Positions 61,519 to 64,000 of a stretch of 64,000 bases of DNA are shown piece after piece (positions within the stretch are counted from its first letter, which is position 1; the number at the start of each line of letters is the position of its first letter). The translations under genes were made by a program, and so were the position numbers. This stretch comes from an uncultured Anaerolineales bacterium (lineage in GTDB: Bacteria; Chloroflexota; Anaerolineae; B4-G1), in the NCBI GenBank assembly GCA_964542755.1, contig CAZIWL010000007.1, positions 1,146 to 65,145 on the forward strand. Direction: 5' to 3'. The notes under the pieces are model-generated. The model saw only the letters and a program-made list of their open reading frames with translations, was not told the origin of the DNA and did no database searches.

Positions 61519-64000
61519 TCAAGGCTCTACCTCGACGTTGCCGAGCATCACCCGATCGTCGGGCAGCCGGTCTCCCCCCGGACCGTACACGAACAGACGA
61601 TCCCCGCTCGCGGGATCGTAGAGACCGATCCCTAGGGAATAGATGCCGGGCGGCGTCGCGGACGCCAGCTGGACGTGATATCGATCGGCCACGATCTCAC
61701 CTTTCTCCCAGTTTGTGGTGGGTCGAGCTCCCAGCCCAGGATGTCGGTCCCGCTGCGCCAGAATCCCGCCCCGACCGTCGTACAGGTGCACAAACACCTT
61801 ATAGTCGCGATCTGGCGCCCGGTCGGCCCTCCAGTACAGTGTCACGGCGACAGTCTCTCCAGGCTCTGCGCGACGATCCACGGTGTACCCCAGCAGGCTG
61901 ATCCCCTCACCAAGCGTGAAGGACACGGGCTCCTCCGGGTCCACGGTCGGGGTTGAGCCTGGGGTCGTTGACTGCACCCAGAGGTCCAGCAGTTCCACCG
62001 GATCGACCAGTACGGGCTCACCGCTCACGTCGAGGAGCTCGAGCGACAGCGTTGCTTCTCCAGTGGGCACACTCTCTTCGGTGGACAAGTAGTACCAGTC
62101 AGCCACCAGCTCGTCCGGCTGCCACTCGGAGGTTGGATGGTTGGTGCTTGTGACATCAAGCGCCTCCTGCCCGTAGATGGCGCCGTCACGTCCCGCGAGA
62201 CTGAGACGCAATCGGTAGTCGCGATCGATTGCGCCATTGGCTTGCCAGAAGAGGCGAAGGCCGACGGTCTCCCCCGCGAACATAGCCTCAGCGATCCCCG
62301 TGCGTCCAGGCTCCAACTCGTATCCCAGTAGGTTGAGATTCGCCGTAACCGGAACAACCACGCGGCGCGGGATGCTCAGATCCTGCGGGTTGGGCACCTC
62401 GTCGGGACGTCCGATCTCGACCGTCACCCGAGCGTCTGTCTCATTGGCAGCCTCATCCGACCCTAGCAGGCGCAAGCGCTCACCCGTCTCCAAGGTGTAC
62501 ACGCCGATTTCCAGATCATACACCCCTGGCGGGGTGCCCGGAGGCACGGCGAGGTGATAAAGGGCCGACCTGGTTGCACTTGTTTCCCAACGGGACGTTG
62601 GCTCGAGAGTCCGGTCTACGATCAGGCTGTCTCCTTGAACAATCCGGTGACCATGGCTATCATACACGTGGAGATAGACGGAGTAGTCCTCCTCCAATTC
62701 CTCTGTCGCCTCCCACGTGAGCACTATCCCGCCATCTCTGCCCCAGGCGGGTGGCGGATCCGTGACTCCGTAGCTCACCAGACGGAGCCCTTCGAATGCG
62801 AGGTCTAGCTCCCGGGACGCGACAGCCGGGTCCACGAGCTGATGGCGCGTGACCTCAGTCTGCCGGAAGCTGGCCCTGTCAAGCAGCAGGCCGCGGGCCT
62901 CCAGCAGGTTGAGGTAGCGATCACCCTCTGCCTCTGGGTAGCGGGGATACCATATCCGGCTGCAGCCGCCCGTAATCCCGTCCAAGAAATCGCTCATCGT
63001 CCCCAGATCAGGATAGGTGTACGAACGCGTCTTGGGGTCATATTCTGGCGAGAAGGTGTGGAGTGGGAGATTGCCTTTGTAGTGCTTGACGAACAGCGAC
63101 TTCCCGTTGGCCAACACACATTCCCCTCGGTCGGCCTGGGCGAGCTGTTCCACACGTGCTACGGCCTCCTCGTAGTCATCATTGTGGTACACCCAGGCAT
63201 AGTCAACGCCATGTAGGGAGACGACTCGCTCAGGCGTGCGCGAAGGGTTCAGGAGATACCGCTGGAGCAGCGCCGGCTGCTGGCGTCTCTGCACGTCCGA
63301 GATGTAGAAGACCACGTAGTCGCTCTGCCACGGGAAATACCGGTCCATCGGCCAGGTCTCCCCCTCGAACAGGGGAGCGAACGCCGCTGTCGTTGGCGTC
63401 GTAACCAGAAGCTCTTCGGCCTTAGGCTTCCCATTCAGGTACTCGGCGACCTGGTCGTAGCCCTCTCCCCACCCCACGAGGAGGACTCTCTGAGCTTTCT
63501 TTGCGCCTCCAAGTAGCGGATCGTAGTACGTCAGGTAGTAGGGATGGTGTGGCACAACCAGTGCCACCTGTGCGACGAGTATCACCAAGACTATCGGGAG
63601 CAGAAGGGCAGGGGGGCTGGAGGTCCGGTCACCGTTCACGCAGCGTCTTATGGCTTGGCACAGGCGCTCGCTTCCCCCCACCAGGCCCTGGGCAGCGGCG
63701 ATTCCCAGGGCTGGGAAGACGGGCAGCATGTACCGATCGAACATCTTGTCCCCCAGGCTCATGAAGATGGTGAAGAGTCCGCTGTAGGACAGGAGCGCCA
63801 ACAGACTAAACCGTGCGGTTTGCCGTGGGCCGCGCAGCGTGAGCCGGACAATGCTCCCTGCGAGGCCCAGCACGACCAGAGGACTAAGACGGAAAAGCGC
63901 CGCCACAGGATAGAATAGCCAGCCGGGATCGTGAACTGGTCTCCCGAGGAAGAAGTTGCCGGGGGTGTGTCCTTCCGCGGCGTATCGTGTGGCCGTGCCC
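61519..64000 (-). CDS. GT-C membrane glycosyltransferase with 3 Ig-like domains (paralog H); 5' end lies beyond the window
   Basis: The frame stays open to the window edge (GTATRYAAEGHTPGNFFLGRPVHDPGWLFYPVAALFR, homologous to F and G); KMFDRYMLP; HPYYLTYY; GWGEG. Confidence 0.8.
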   Translation of the reverse strand, partial: GTATRYAAEGHTPGNFFLGRPVHDPGWLFYPVAALFRLSPLVVLGLAGSIVRLTLRGPRQTARFSLLALLSYSGLFTIFMSLGDKMFDRYMLPVFPALGIAAAQGLVGGSERLCQAIRRCVNGDRTSSPPALLLPIVLVILVAQVALVVPHHPYYLTYYDPLLGGAKKAQRVLLVGWGEGYDQVAEYLNGKPKAEELLVTTPTTAAFAPLFEGETWPMDRYFPWQSDYVVFYISDVQRRQQPALLQRYLLNPSRTPERVVSLHGVDYAWVYHNDDYEEAVARVEQLAQADRGECVLANGKSLFVKHYKGNLPLHTFSPEYDPKTRSYTYPDLGTMSDFLDGITGGCSRIWYPRYPEAEGDRYLNLLEARGLLLDRASFRQTEVTRHQLVDPAVASRELDLAFEGLRLVSYGVTDPPPAWGRDGGIVLTWEATEELEEDYSVYLHVYDSHGHRIVQGDSLIVDRTLEPTSRWETSATRSALYHLAVPPGTPPGVYDLEIGVYTLETGERLRLLGSDEAANETDARVTVEIGRPDEVPNPQDLSIPRRVVVPVTANLNLLGYELEPGRTGIAEAMFAGETVGLRLFWQANGAIDRDYRLRLSLAGRDGAIYGQEALDVTSTNHPTSEWQPDELVADWYYLSTEESVPTGEATLSLELLDVSGEPVLVDPVELLDLWVQSTTPGSTPTVDPEEPVSFTLGEGISLLGYTVDRRAEPGETVAVTLYWRADRAPDRDYKVFVHLYDGRGGILAQRDRHPGLGARPTTNWEKGEIVADRYHVQLASATPPGIYSLGIGLYDPASGDRLFVYGPGGDRLPDDRVMLGNVEVEP

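Noticed and set aside
44370-64000. GT-C array as a DNA repeat, CRISPR-like array or diversity-generating element
   Set aside because: Similarity is visible only at the protein-motif level; I saw no identical nucleotide repeats, spacers, reverse transcriptase or recombinase.
1-64000. CRISPR arrays, tRNA/rRNA genes, IS elements, integrases, prophage genes
   Set aside because: None were recognised by eye in intergenic regions or the ORF track; tRNAscan and ISEScan were not run, so very short elements could be missed.

Overview
GC-rich bacterial chromosomal window, probably Chloroflexota/Anaerolineae. That assignment is inferred from YxPLV motifs in secreted proteins and the GT-C/Ig-domain array, not from a marker gene. 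I recognised no rRNA, tRNA, CRISPR array, transposase or integrase. Contents from left to right: (1) two tandem secreted papain-family (C1A) proteases with different C-terminal modules; (2) an active UvrD-like helicase next to a degenerate helicase partner, both without a nuclease domain; (3) a GT4 glycosyltransferase and a sulfotransferase; (4) a HOGA1-like aldolase and an alanine-glyoxylate aminotransferase; (5) several small or housekeeping genes, including slyD with a candidate attenuator leader; (6) a ~13 kb minus-strand proline/hydroxyproline locus with a HypD-type glycyl radical enzyme and its activase, a proline racemase, a LIV-type ABC importer behind a perfect sigma70 promoter overlapped by a palindrome, and a two-subunit dye-linked proline-dehydrogenase-like flavoprotein; (7) HIT, mtaB and priA; (8) a >25 kb cell-envelope glycosylation region with an orphan Wzm, a GT4, an O-antigen-ligase-like protein and at least 8 tandem GT-C membrane proteins carrying 16 copies of an Ig-like domain, plus one gene remnant. 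The strongest candidates for an undescribed system are the Pro/Hyp locus (HypD without proC, with HOGA/AGT nearby), the nuclease-less AddAB/AdnAB-like helicase pair, the GT-C array and the slyD leader. All family calls come from motif recognition and recalled sequences; no searches were run.
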